Assembly: GCF_006345805.1 (NCBI RefSeq) | Contig: NC_043003.1 | Coordinates: forward strand, 78,306,001 to 78,370,000 | Direction of reading: 5' to 3' | Length of the DNA: 64,000 bases | From: Octopus sinensis | Taxonomy: Eukaryota | Part shown: one piece after another, positions 1 through 14,000 of the stretch | How the letters are laid out: each line of letters begins with the position of its first letter | Numbering within the stretch: position 1 is the first letter of the stretch | Position numbers and translations under genes: made by a program | Notes under the pieces: generated by a model | What the model was told of the DNA's origin: nothing | Database searches by the model: none | The model's input: only the letters and a program-made list of their open reading frames with translations

Positions 1-834
1 TGCCTAAGAGTAGAGTGGCTCCTAATAAGTGCTGACTTGAACTGTGATAACTTACCCAATACAGCAAGGAAAGTAGACATACGATGGTGATGGTGTGATA
101 AAGGAATAAAAGAAGTTATGTAGTCTAGAAATCATATTTGAACAATGTGTCAAATGGATGTTTAACATAGGTCTGATTTGAAATCACAAAAAGGGCTGCT
201 GATAGAGTGGTCAGTTAAGATTCAGTCAACCCCAAATATATTGTAAGAGATATAAATAGGTAGGTCATCCCTGCTAATGTGTATTTTTTTTTTACTCCAG
301 ATGTGCTAACCACATAGTTACATACAAGAAAAAAAAAATCAAATTCCAGTATAGTGGTACTTTTGATACAGAACCCATATACTGAACAGAAAGAGACCAT
401 CTGAAGTACGCTCCTCACAGCCAAGTGGTCCTCAGAAACTTCAAATCCCAAGTCTAATTTAAATTGAAATCATTCTACAATTTCAACTGAAATTGAAGCA
501 TTAGGATAAACACAGCAACAACCAGGAAATTATGAAATACATATTTGATATCATCCTTCAATAATAAAATCAACTGTTTGACCTTGCACGATCAGAGCTA
601 GCTATCAGCACTATTGATTTGCCAAAACAATTTTGCACACTATTCTTGATAGTTGAATGAACTAGGACCAAGTGGCAATCAGTAAACATGATTAATTTTT
701 GTTAAACTTGCTATATCTTTTACAGTGAATGTTCTTGTAAATATATTAATTAATGAACTAACAAAAATATTAATTAAAAATTCTTTACATAATATTCCTG
801 TCAATGTAATTAGTTTTAATTGTTAAGAGCTTAC

Positions 835-880
835 CTTGGTACTCTTCCATCTGGAGTAGCTTCTCTTTTTCTTCTTCTTT
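835..880 (-). CDS. USP39: USP39 exon (KEEEKEKLLQMEEYQ)
   Basis: tttcag| ... G|gtaagc; corresponds to the EEKEQLL..DEYQ segment. Confidence 0.88.
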
Positions 881-3800
881 CTGAAATAGGAAGTTTATAT
901 AACTTAATAACAATCCTTTCTATTATAGACACAAGGCCTCAAATTTTCAGGAAAGGGGCTAGTTGATTACATCGACCCCAGAGTTCAACAGATATTTATC
1001 TTATTGACCCCACAAAGGATAAAAGGCAAAGTCAACTTCAGCAGAATTTGAACACAGAACATAAAGAGAAACAAAATACTACTAAATATTTTTTCTGGCG
1101 TGCAAACAATTCTGTGAGCTCATTGCCTTTCAAAACTTAATAATAAAAATATTAAAAAGAGCATCACTTTGAGAAAAAGGTGTCTATAAAGACCTCAAAA
1201 CACAGAGACATGGGAATTTGCTGTACTTGATAAAACACATCAAGCTAAGTGAAACTGCTGTCTTCCACACATGCTTTTTCAGGTGCTGGTGCCAATCCTG
1301 CATAAACACATCCAGCATACTCTGCTAAGTGGTTGGTGTTGGGAAGGGCATCCAACTGTAGAAACCAAGCCACAACAGACATTTGGAGTCTGGCCAGCTC
1401 CATGCCAAACTGTCTAACCCAGGCAAGAATGGAGAGCAGACGTTAAATGATGATATATATATACATAGGGTCCTTATACTTAGCTCTTATTCTGTCTTCA
1501 GTGTGATGCACTTTTTCTTTTAAGTGTGTGTGTGTAGTTTCTACAGCTGGATGCCCTTCCTAATCCTGACCATTTTACACTTGTGAGACCACCAAGTAAC
1601 TTGCAAGATGCAAGACAAGATCTCTTGAGTGAGTGAAACTATAGTAGTGAAGGAAGTGGCTTTGTGTCATGTGTTGAAAGGCTAAAGTATGATAGAGGAA
1701 CAAGAACAGGTGTTTTGTAGCACAAGAGATACATGGCTACTCCAGTTTGGAGGAGAGCAAAGATGGTGATGAGGTGTCAGAGTGTATCTCAAGGTAAAAG
1801 AAGGTGACTATGAGAGAAGAGAGATCGAGGGTCAGAGGGAGAGTGACAAATAGAGATGGGTATAGAGATGAATGCAGTGAATGGTGAACACAGGTGGCAA
1901 TGTGGTAAATGATGAATACCAGTTTAGGAGAGGAAGATGATGAAAACAGAAGCAGTTTAAAAAAAGAGGAGGTGATAAGTGTTGTGGAGAGTAGCAGTGT
2001 TATAAATTGATAGACAGATGAGAAATTGGGAGATAATGCCAAAGGGAGAAGTGAGAGGGACAGACATAGAGGATTTAAGTACAAGGGATTATAATGAGTA
2101 AGGAACAAAGGTGGGTGAAGAGATGGCTGTCAAGGGAGATCAGAGAGCATAGAACCTTAATGAAGGCTTAGGAACAAATGCTAAGTAGAGTGGTTTACTA
2201 TTGGCTAAACACTTCTGCAGTTAGTTGCATTACTAAAAAGAGGGCATCAGTAGTACTTCTTCCTTGCACATAATCAAACTGACTCTCATTTAAGCTAACT
2301 CTCTTCTTAATTAGTTGAGTTCTAACTCTTTTTCGAAGTTTCACAACTTGGTCCAGCAATTTGATACCTCTGTAAATTCTTCCCTCTAAGGCATCGTCTT
2401 TACCCTGACTGTAATGCCTCTACACCAATTATTGAGTATGACACTTGCTTGGACAACCTAATTAACTATACAGGTAACAAAGGCTTTATTCAACTAAGTC
2501 AGGTTTTTTAAACTTCCAAGTTATTAATCCAAAACAAAATATTTGTGACTGTCTGGTTGATGTTAATTGTGAGCATAACTCATGATCCTCAGGTAAAGAA
2601 TATTAACCCTTTAGAATTTAAACCAGCCATATCCATCCCAAATACTTTATGTTTTTTATGTTCCAGCCTATCATACCTACCCTACAATGTCATTCTAAAA
2701 AAACAATCACATCATCAAAATTTCTAAGCTACAAGATAATGCCTGATTAATTATGACTGGCATCCGTGCTAGTGGAGTGCTAAGAGCACCATCCGAGTGT
2801 GATCGTTGCCTGGGCAGCTAACTGGTTTCCATGCCGGTGGCATGTAAAAGCATCATTTGAGCGTGATCATTACCAGCATCGCCTTACTGGCACTTGTGCT
2901 GGTGGCATGAGAAAAAAGACATGCGAGCGAGGTAGTTGCCAGTGCCGCTAGACTGGCTCCTGTGCAGGTGGCATGTAAAAAACATCATTTGAGCGTGGCC
3001 ACTGCCAGAACTGCCTGACTGGCCCTCATGCCAATGGTATGTAAAAGCACCCACTACACTCTCAGAGTGGTTGGTGTTAGGAAGGGCATCCAGCTGTAGA
3101 AACTCTGCCAGATCAGATTGGAGCCTGGTGCAGCCATCTGGTTCGCCAGTCCTCAGTCAATCGTCCAACCCATGCTAGCATGGAAAGCGGACGTTAAACA
3201 ATGATGATGATGATGATTATATTTGATAGAATAATCTGCACACTAAAGGGTTAAAATATGAATCAAATTGATGAATATGGCAATGATAACAGTGGTTCAA
3301 ACTGTAAACTTACCAAATCTAGTGGCGGAACTTTGCGAGAATAAACTGTCATTTTACCACGGAAAGTTTTGTTGATGATGCTACTGGAAAGTTTTTTGCT
3401 TCCTCCCAAGGCAACGTGTAAAGCATTGAGGAACCAAGACATAAAATATACAGCATCACCTAGAATTATATGAAAAAAGAATAAAAATAAACAAACAAAA
3501 TGTAATGCATGACATAAAGGAACGAAACTGGAATCTGAAGAAACTAGAGATGTTCGTTTTGTTTTCATGTTTTATTCAAAGAAGGGCCTGAAACAGCCAA
3601 ACCCAACTTTGCTTTTAACTGACTGACTCAGATAGAAAGAGAGTGAGAAGGTGGATGGATGGATGAATACACAAACAGACGGATGGATGGATGGATGAAT
3701 GGACAGACAAAGAATAATGGTACATTGAAGGAAGAAGTCTAGGCTACACCCTGTCTGGAAAAGAAAAATGTTAGTGATGGTCATGGCTAGAATATCCTTA

Positions 3801-6800
3801 AACATAGGACTGCTCCATCAGATTCAACATGAAACTCAACAACAATAGAGAACTGATACTAGCCTCAAAGTAATTCTGATTAAACAGTTCTATGATCAAA
3901 GCCATTCCAACCTAATTTTTTTTCACATGTAATGTATCCTTTTATTTCTAAAGATAATATGGCAAGAAATGAGTGAGATTTGGTTGCTGTTTCTAACAGG
4001 GCAAGCAATCATACAGAGTTCTCTCTTATGAATTCATAGGATAAGTAGATACAGAAATTGTAGATTTATCAATTCACTGCTAAAGTTTATGTGGGTGTGT
4101 ATCAATATAGAAATGATGATGATGATAATAATAATAATAAATATAATAATAATACATAAGCACAATGTCACAAATTTGAGTGGGAAGGCTGGTGAGGAGG
4201 ACAATCAGTTTTATTGACCTCTTTAATGGGCTGGTACCTTATTCTACTGACCCTGGGAGGCTGAACAGCAAAACTGATTTTCAGTAGGATTTGAACTCAG
4301 AGTATAAAGAGTTGACATAATGGTTTCAAATTTTGGCATAAGATTAGCAATTTCAGGAGAAGGAGGAAGTCAGTATCATCGACCCAGTGTTTGACAGGTA
4401 CTTGTTACTCCTTGCCTTCATTCCCAGCAGATCACCAGTGCCTGACCTCCAATCTGTTGTAGAACCTACCGACCATACATTGACCCTGATCAGCTACAGC
4501 CGAATGCACCATGATCCATCTTCTTCTCCCATGTGATGTCTCTGGTCTTCATTGACAACGACCGATGAACATTATTATAATTATCTTATCAAGGATGAAA
4601 GGTCAATTTGACTTTGGAAGCATCTAAACTTAGAATGTTAAACCAGAATAAATGCTGCTAAGCATTTTGTCTGGTGTGATAACTATTCTTCCCCCTTGCT
4701 GCCTTCAATGTGGGGGGGGCATAATAATAATATTGAGATAAAAGGAGTAGTTATGTTCACTAACCTTGCTCAGTGATTTGAAATTTTTTCTTGCTGCAGA
4801 GGACAACAGCTTGAAGCATTTCATGGGGACTAACATGAGCTTTGAAATTTTGTGGATTCCATAATTTGCGTAGAAGTTCTCCGAATCTTTGGACAAGAAG
4901 AAACATTTGATCACCGGCTGGACGTCGAATACTTTTATAACTGTCCTCTTGCAGAAAGTAATTCCGCAGAGGAGGTACATGAGAAAGAGCCTAAAACAAG
5001 AAATGGAAAACATGTTTGTAAACATATAATGGACATAAATGGAGATAACAGGGTTTTATCTAGGTCTGGTGTTACAATAAAATGCATCCAGTACAGAGAT
5101 TGTGAAATGTATATGAGTGAAACATGGTCTCTGACATATTTAAAGTAGTTGATAGTCTGAATAAAAAAACTGGACAATGATAAACTGTCAAATCCATGGA
5201 CAGCATACATTAAATGATGATGAGTATGACAATATCCATCTTCTAGAAACCTCATAAAAATTGGTGTCACTCTGATGCAGTAAGTAATTACAACTATATA
5301 ACATACAGGTATATGTAGAGAATTCAACTGATTTGTATTTCAAGAAAAACAGAGAAAGGATTAAAAAAATATTATGTTTCAGATAGAATGTTAAAAAAAT
5401 AGCGAAATTCCTTACCTGAAGGATGACATTGCAGTAGTCATTGGCTTTTATATTGTTTAAACCAACAATACCTAGGTAAATGAAGAAACAGAAATAGTTT
5501 ACTTAAACAGAATTTACATCAAATTGTGCTGACTTCAAAAAATGATGTTTGACAATAAAATACAACACTAGGGCACTAAAAATATTAACGTTAACAAAAC
5601 TATGACAGTGGTTTGAGAGTATTCAGAGCCAGCGTTTTGATGAAATTCACAATTCTGATAACTTGGTTCAAGCATGATAAAAACTTCAGAGGGAGAACTT
5701 GAGCACAAAGAGTGAATCTGTGTATGAAACAATGGACACGTGGGCTTGAAAACCTGACTTTCGACCGAGCATAGATGGAGTCCCATCTGTTGTGCATCCA
5801 ACCAACATTCCCCAATCCAGTTCATTTTGCTTGAAAAAAATTGTCCAAAATGTCAAAAATATCTTTTCCTTTCACTGTACTGGACAGCTCCTGGCTCAGC
5901 AGTAACTCAGTCTTCACAGCATTATTATGCAAAAAGCAGACATCATCATCATCATTGTTCGACCGTGGTCGAGACAATGGAATTTACCATGCTACGCCAG
6001 ACTTCACGGTCCATCATGGCATTACGGAGGTCCTGTTGCTGGATGCCTGTATCCCTGGAGATTACATCAGGGTAGGAGAGTGTGCGCCCTCTGGTATTGC
6101 GAGTAGATGGCTTCCAGAGGAGAAGAGTAGAAATTACCTCTTTTTCAGCTCTACAACAATGTCCAGCAAACTGGACTCTCTTACCTTTCACAAGAGATGA
6201 CACAGGTGGTAGTTTCCCATATATTTGCATTTTGGTTGGATGGCGCTTCCAAGAGATTTTGAGCTCTCATAAGGAGGCGAGTGTAGGTTCCATCCAACCG
6301 CCTCTCAAGCTTCTTTGATAACGTCCAGATTTCTGAGCCATATAGTAGAATTGATTCGACTGTGGCTTTGAAGATTTCAAGTTTTCAAGCAGACATAGGC
6401 AAGTAGTTGACAACAGTTGGTGACGTCTGTCAATTTGTCGAGTTGAATGGCAAACCCATACTTTGAGGCTCTCACTCCCTAAATCACTTGGTCGGCAATG
6501 TCGACTGACATCTTTTCGATATGGCACTGTACAGTGGTTAGAGACGGAAACACTCTCCAACATCGCCGTCACCTTCTCTCCAATCATGTGCCTGATCAAG
6601 ATCTTTGCCGCTGGCAAGATGAGAGACTCTGCAATGGCATGCACCTTCATGTTTTTGGCCACCAAGACAGCAACTTCATAGGATGCTTTCACAATTCCTC
6701 CCCTCTTCTGGTAGATCTGGCCAGTCTCGTCTATGCGCTACTACTTTACGTTCTCGCCAAGTCACTGGAAATAACTCTGATCTCGGTCCTTCTTGTCTGT

Positions 6801-8034
6801 GTGAGTCATCTCAAGACGACGTTTGAGCAGGTTGGGTTTCATGGCTGCATTGGAAAGGGACTTCATGCAGACCACACACTGCGGAAGAGCTTCTCCTCCA
6901 TGTTCGATTGCAATGAAGCCATACTTTATGTACGCAGGGTCATATTTTCACTTTGGCATGTTATTAAATCCCATGGAAAAGTAAAAAAAAAAAAAATCAA
7001 TCAAGAAAAATATAAAAATAAAAAACATACAAAATAATATTAATACTACTACTAATAATATATATATAATATAAAATTAGGGGTATGAAAATAGCAAATC
7101 GCCACCAGATTACCTTGTGTAAAGTAGTAAATATTTTTGTGAAGAAAATATCAACTTGTAACTGCATGTCTACCTCGCTAGTCCCCAATTAGCCTCTACC
7201 CAGCCCAGAGTGAACAAGACATGCACCAAAAACCAAACAAACAATTGTCATTTATTAATGAGCATATCACTCCGAAAGTGCTTACGTACCACAGGTTGGG
7301 AGCCACTACCCTATACGATATGTTTCAAGTTACTTTCCATTGACGAAGGGAGATTATTCCCGATGTATGTAATTGTAATTGTATATATCAGTGAAATAAA
7401 AAGAGAATCGATTGAAACTAACTTTGAAATCGATCTTTCCAACACTTCTCCACAAAAATGTATTTGACTCTTCTTGCCATCCTACCAACAGCAAGTTGAA
7501 AAACAAAACAAAACAAAAAAAAGAGTTTAACTGGAAGACACAAATACCTCATACACAACATATTTAGTCAACTCAATAATATCGTATCCGATGGATACAT
7601 TCTCAAACCACTGAATCTATACAAAGACAACAAAATGGAAGTCAAACTACAATCAAACTGCTGACCACCCGACGTGATTTGCAAAGAAAATTTTATTAAA
7701 AGCAAGACACAAGTGGAAATAGTTACAAGAAAAGTGAAAAAAGTTGACATCAAAACACAAGAACATAAGGAAATGTAGATAAATAGAGCATGGAATTTAG
7801 GCTCAAAGAGCATCGTCCATAAAGTAATAAAGACATTTACCTGGTAGGTAGGTAGTTCCATCATAAGCACGAGATAATTTAGGGTTGGAATCTAACTTCT
7901 TAATATGAAAATGGTTGAAAGTTGGATTTAAAACATACTGTGGAGGGAAAAAAAAAAGAGTAAATGATTTTTTTGATAAATAAAAAAACAAAACATTTAC
8001 AAAATTTTAAAATCTCACCCATCAATAGAAAAAC

Positions 8035-8068
<34 letters not shown>

Positions 8069-11000
8069 GTTCAGTAAAAATTTAGATTCAGTTGAATATG
8101 GTACTTAAGTTAAAGGCACCAGAATTTGGTATGGTATTATCCATATAATTCAAAATGGGGTGATTATAATCAAAATAAGTAACAAGGATATCCAAAGGTA
8201 ATGCAGTATGATCGTTTCATGCGACTCCATTTAATTAAACAATGCAACTATTATATCAGTTTTAAGATTTAGAGTAATCTTATATGCAGCTGAAGATTGC
8301 TCTAAATCTTAAAATTGATGTAATACTTGCATTGTTTAATTAAATGGAGTCGCATGAAACGATCGTACTGCATTACCTTTGGATATCCTTGTTGCTTATT
8401 TTGATTTTATATATATATATATATATGTGGAGGCGCAATGGCCCAGTGGTTAGGGCAGCGGACTCGCGGTTTCGATTCCCAGACCGGGCGTTGTGAGTGT
8501 TTATTGAGCGAAAACACCTAAAGGTCCACGAGGCTCCGGCAAGGGATGGTGGCGATCCCTGCTGTACCCTTTTGCCACAACTCTCTCTCTCACTCTTTCT
8601 TCTGTTGGCCTACTCGCTTAGCCAGTGGGGTGGCATCATTTGAAGGCTAAAACAATGCAAAGCGCATTGTGACCAGCGATGTGTAGCAACATCTGATAGC
8701 CTGGCCGGTCACGCTGATCACGGTGATATATATATATATATATATAGACATGTGTGTATGTATACGTATACACATGCACATATGGTTACATATGTAACTC
8801 CATTTGTTCATCTTATAATGCTTTCCCTTCTAGCATTGGTTAAATGGATCCTATTTTTCAAGTAAGGGATCCTTTATTTCACACATCTTCAAAAGTGCAG
8901 AACTATCAGACAATTTGTTGACAGCACCACTATTAGTGAAGGTTTACATTCTGTGAAGTACAATACATAAACATTCTCTCTCATACACACGAACACATGT
9001 TGCTGCTGCTGCTGCCAGCACTTAACGTCTGTTTTCTTTGTTGACATGAGTTAGACGGTTTGACTGGAGCTGGTAAGCCACACTCGACTCCAGTTATCTG
9101 TTTGGCTCAGTTGCTATGCCAAAACAAAAAAACATATATTATGTCAGGCTCCCACACAGGTTCTGTCAATCAAATTAGCTCAAAACTGCAGAAGAAGAAA
9201 CTATTGTTCACATATAAATGAACTGGAAAAGACAAAACTTGATTTACAATTTAGGTATCTTTCATGCAGTAGGCATCTCTAGGTAGTTACTTTCAGTCAT
9301 TATATTATCTGATATCTACTTGCTTATATTATTGGATATGAATACATTGATTCTCTTATCAATAATTTAGCAGAGAGATGATTATGCTGAAGAGGTCTAA
9401 CAAGGCTAAGATGTCTTGAGTTATTCTTACTTGCACATCAACATATTTTCTTTTCACTACATAAGTATTTTAGAATAATTTTGCTTTTCCTCTGTTACTT
9501 AGCCAGTCTATAATGCTTCCATGTGATTAGTTGAAGGGGGAGCGGAAAGTGGTGGTGAGTAAAATGTGCAAATTTTTTTGGAACCAAGATTTTTAACCCT
9601 GTTATTTAGCCTGTCTGTAAAGTTTTCATGTGATTAGTTGAAGAGAAAGGCAAAAAGCAAAAGAAAAAGGAGAGAGAAAAAGAGGGTAAGGTGAAGAGTG
9701 AGAAAGAGGGAGAGTGCTGGGTATTAAGTCTAAAAAATTGTGCATAAAGCATATAAAGAGTATATATATATAAAGTGCATTAACTAGTCATTGTATTCCA
9801 ATTTCTTTCACTTTTCAATGAGCAGCAGATGAGCGACTATCTTTCCATAGACAACAACACAGGCACACTTTCAGGTTTTTGGATAAAGTTTTCAGAAATA
9901 ACCCAATAAATTTACCATTAATTCCATGAAATATTCATGGGTCCCACTAGTTATTTACTAATTAGATTTGTTTTTGTCCTTACTACATTAAATATGATTA
10001 TAATAGCACTGATGACTATAATCCAAAAGCTTCAAAAAAGAAATTTAATCTGTTTCACAATTAAAATGAGAGAAAGAGAGTCTTACTGTTTGAAATACTT
10101 ACAATAATATCTTCAAGTGAGGAATCTATAATTTCATAGTTGTCAGGTAAACAATAAAATTTCTGTGTTCTTAAATTAAGATAAACTCGATGTCCATCTT
10201 GCACACTGTGGGTATATGCATGAGATTTCGTACCACGGCCTAATGATAGTAAATAAATAAATAAAATGAAGTAATTCACAACAAACTCATCAAGGGAATA
10301 ACATTTTGCACTAAATTACATTTCACTGAATGACTTAAGGGATTTCTGTGTCCCTTAAGTCATTTCTGTAGCTGATAAACTCATCAAATGTGATCAGTCT
10401 TTAGACAACCAATCAAAAGTGTATACAAAAATGGAATTGCTAAAATTGTACAATGGAATAATGTATCTTTTATCTGTTTTAATCATTTGACAGCAGCTAT
10501 GCTGGGGCATTACCTTTGATGGGTTTTAGTCAAACAAACTGACCCCAGGAATTTTGCTTTATTAAAGTCTAATAATTATTCTATCACTCTCTTTTGCTAA
10601 ACACACCAACACTTGTTGTCAAGTACTGGTGAGGGTCAAACACAAGACACACACATATCTATGACAAGCTTCTTTCAGTTTCCCCTCAACCTAATCCACT
10701 CCCAAGGCTTTTGTTGGCCTGGGGCTATAGTGGAAGAGATTTATCCAAGGTGCCATGCAGTACAACTGAATCTGGAGCCATGTGGTTGGAAAGCAAGTTT
10801 CTTACCACACAGCCATGGCTATGTGGTAAGAAGCTGTAGTGGATTAAGTGAACAATATTTCCTTGGACAGCAAGTGTATGTTTTAGTACCATTAGTGATA
10901 AAGAAGCAGGATCTGATTTCTAATTAGCAAGCTTTATTTACTCTTCATCATTTAATGACTGTTGTCCTGCTGGCAAGCTGTACCAGACTCCAGTCTGGTT

Positions 11001-14000
11001 TGGCATGATTTCTATGGCTGGATGCCCTTCCTAATGCTGATGACTTTATAGAGTATACTGGGTGCTTTTATGTGGCACCGTATGGATGCTTTTATGGGAC
11101 AACACAAGGGCACTTTTACGTGGCACCACATGGGCGCTTTTATGTGGAATCACCAGCAGGATTAGTCTTAAAACTTCTGCTGTGAAGTACGGGTCTTCTT
11201 GAGTACAGCCAGGTGCCTTGTATCTCTGCCCTTTGTCATCTCTTGTAATGTTAAATCTATTTAAGTCTTAAAAGTAGCTTAAAACTCTTACAAAAACAAT
11301 ACCAGGAGGAGCAGCACCATTTTAATGTTTTTTTTTTTTTACTATACTGGAGTAATTTGTTTGGGTCTACAGTATAACCATACTACCATTGCTTTCACCT
11401 GTGAAGCCAAACATACTGAGACCTGAACAAATTTTCTCCCACATCTTCCTTGATTTTTTACTTCTACTAGTGACTCTTTCTCACCATCCAATTCCATCAT
11501 TATGAATTTGAATTGGGAGCTTGAGTCATATGAATCTTTCATTAACTGATTGCACAACCATGGACGTCACCCCTATGGATGTGCTGCAGTTACTCTCTTG
11601 ATAGAGTACCACTAGTTCTTCCCTACCTCTTCACAATCTACTAAGCTGCAGTCCCATGACTTGGCTGTATCCCTGGTGGGATGGCTAGATGGGTGCTATG
11701 CCTTGCCAAAGGGCACAGTTGTCACTCAGTGAGATATTTTCAAAATAAATGCATTGTTAATCATATTTAATGAGAGAAAGTATAGAAAATATTTTTTCCA
11801 ACCATGACCTACCTTGGAAGTATTTTCCGCAGACCAAGCAGGCATAAACATTGATATGTGATAATGAAACCGAACAAAGTTTTTCAAAATCGAAGTCAAG
11901 TACAGATCTGCAAGGAAATTGAGGGATAAAAACTACATTATATTTCACAACATAAGAATAACAAGGCATGAATTTTTTTTGCCTTTTGCTTTGTTGGGGG
12001 TTGTGGGAAGGGTTTAATTGATTACACTGACTCCAGTACTCCCTGAAAGAATGAAAGACAAATTTGACATCAGTGGTATTTGAACTCAACGTAAAAACAT
12101 ACAAAATGCATTTTGTCTGGTCTGCTAACAATTCTGCCAGCTTGCTGCCTTAATAATAATAGTCCTTTCTGCTGTATGCACAAAACCTGAAATTTGTGGG
12201 GAGGGGCTAGTTGCTTACACTGATACACCTGCTCAACAGGTGCTTACTTTATCAACTGGGGAAAGGATGAAAGGCAAAGTCAACCTTGGCAGTATATGAA
12301 CTCAGAATGTTAAGACAGATGAAATGCCACTAAGCATTTTGTTTGGCATGCCAAAGATTCTGCCAGTTTGCTGCCTTAATAATAATGATGATGATGATGA
12401 TGATTTTAAATTTTTGGAACAAGGCCAGCAGTTTTGAGGGAAGGGGACAAGTCAAGGAATGAACTCAAAAACACATGCGTTTAAAGTGAGTCTATTAACG
12501 GCATAGGCATAGCTATGTGGTAAAAATTTTGCCTCTGAATCACATAGTCTGGTTCAGTTCCACTGCATAGTGCCTTAGGCAAGTGTCTTCTACACTAGCC
12601 CTGGGCTGATTAAAACCTGGTGAGTGGATCTAGTAGACAGAAACTGAAAGATGCCCATCATATATGTTTGTGTTACTGTCTCCTTGGCCTCACATCACAA
12701 GTGTCATCGTCATGCAAGCAGTGTTCTTTGCTTCCAGTCTTCTGTAAAAACATACCTGGTGATAGGGTAATATTATTTTACTGGGAAACAGATGAGGGCT
12801 TGCAGCAGGAAGGGTGTCGGGATGCAAGAAATCTGCCTTAACAAATTATGTCTGAACCATGCAGGTCTAAATAAGTGTTTATTAAAACAACGATGATGAT
12901 GGCAGATATATTTCTATAAACATTTAATAGAAGGTCGAATTGATAGGGTAAAGTGAACATGTCAAGTAATGTAATTATAAATAAATTTATAAGGTGTACA
13001 TTAAGAAACAGAGGAATATAACCGGAATCAGTAACAACCAAATTTCCCTCAAGGGACAGACATTGGATAATGAAATGTTAGATTAAAATGACAAGTTGAT
13101 CATGGTTGGAATGCTTTTGATCAAAGGTGCTGGATCAGAGATGATCTTGGGTTAAACAACCAGTAATTTAAATAGATTGGTAAATTTTCCTCAATTTATC
13201 ATTATCACCATCATTTAACATCTGTTCTCCATGCTGATTTGGCATGATTTTTAAGGCTGGATGCCCTTCCCAATGCCAACCACTTTACAGAGTGTTCTGG
13301 ATGTTTTTACATGGCACCACACATGCTTTTACATGGCGTTGCACAGGTGCTTTTATGTGGCACCGCCATAAGTGCTTTACATCACCAGAAGGATTGGTCT
13401 TAACACTTCTGCTGTGGGGTATAGGTCTTCTTGAGTACGGCCAACTTAGGCTTTATATTATTAAAATACATTGCTTAACTTGAATCAACAAGGGAGTCTC
13501 TATGCAGTTGCTTGACCTGCTTGTGATAGTAGACAAATTTCCCACAAATCATACGTTATCATTTAAAAACTAGGAAGAACACACTGGATTTAGTTGTTTT
13601 GGGTGTGAAAAAGGATGGAATCATCAAAGCTTTAATTTTATGCCTGCTCAGTCAAAGTAGGGATGAGTTGAATGTAATAAAGAATAGCTTACCTGTTTAT
13701 TGTATCAAGGTAAGGACATGATCGACTACGGTCACTATCTGGTGAACAAATAGAATTGAAAATAAACAAATTATATAGCAATCAGAAGTAGTTTTAAAGT
13801 TTTGTATTCAGAGAATAAATAACTCAAATATATAAGCATCATTATTTTATAAAATCTTCTCGAGGTATTCAGAGAGAGAGAGAAAGAGAGAGATTTAATA
13901 TTGATGAAATATTTACAGATTTTCAAAAATATAAATACATGGAGACTGAAAGATATGGACATTTAACGTGACTTTAATATATATATACGGACTGATGACT

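Noticed and set aside
1737-2108. 123-aa Leu/Ser-rich ORF
   Set aside because: Pyrimidine-rich low-complexity part of an interspersed repeat.
2750-3060. Spaced subrepeats (GGTGGCACGTAAAAAGCACC) superficially like a CRISPR array
   Set aside because: Internal repeats of an RTE-derived 3'UTR seen at many loci here (e.g. 38335-38870, 62860-63150); eukaryotic context, no cas genes.
4852-5148. 98-aa + strand ORF
   Set aside because: Antisense shadow of the USP39 exon 4990-4765.
5214-5275. C/D-box-like pair (ATGATGA...CTGA)
   Set aside because: Antisense to the host gene, weak terminal stem, no recognisable guide; TGATGA is common here.
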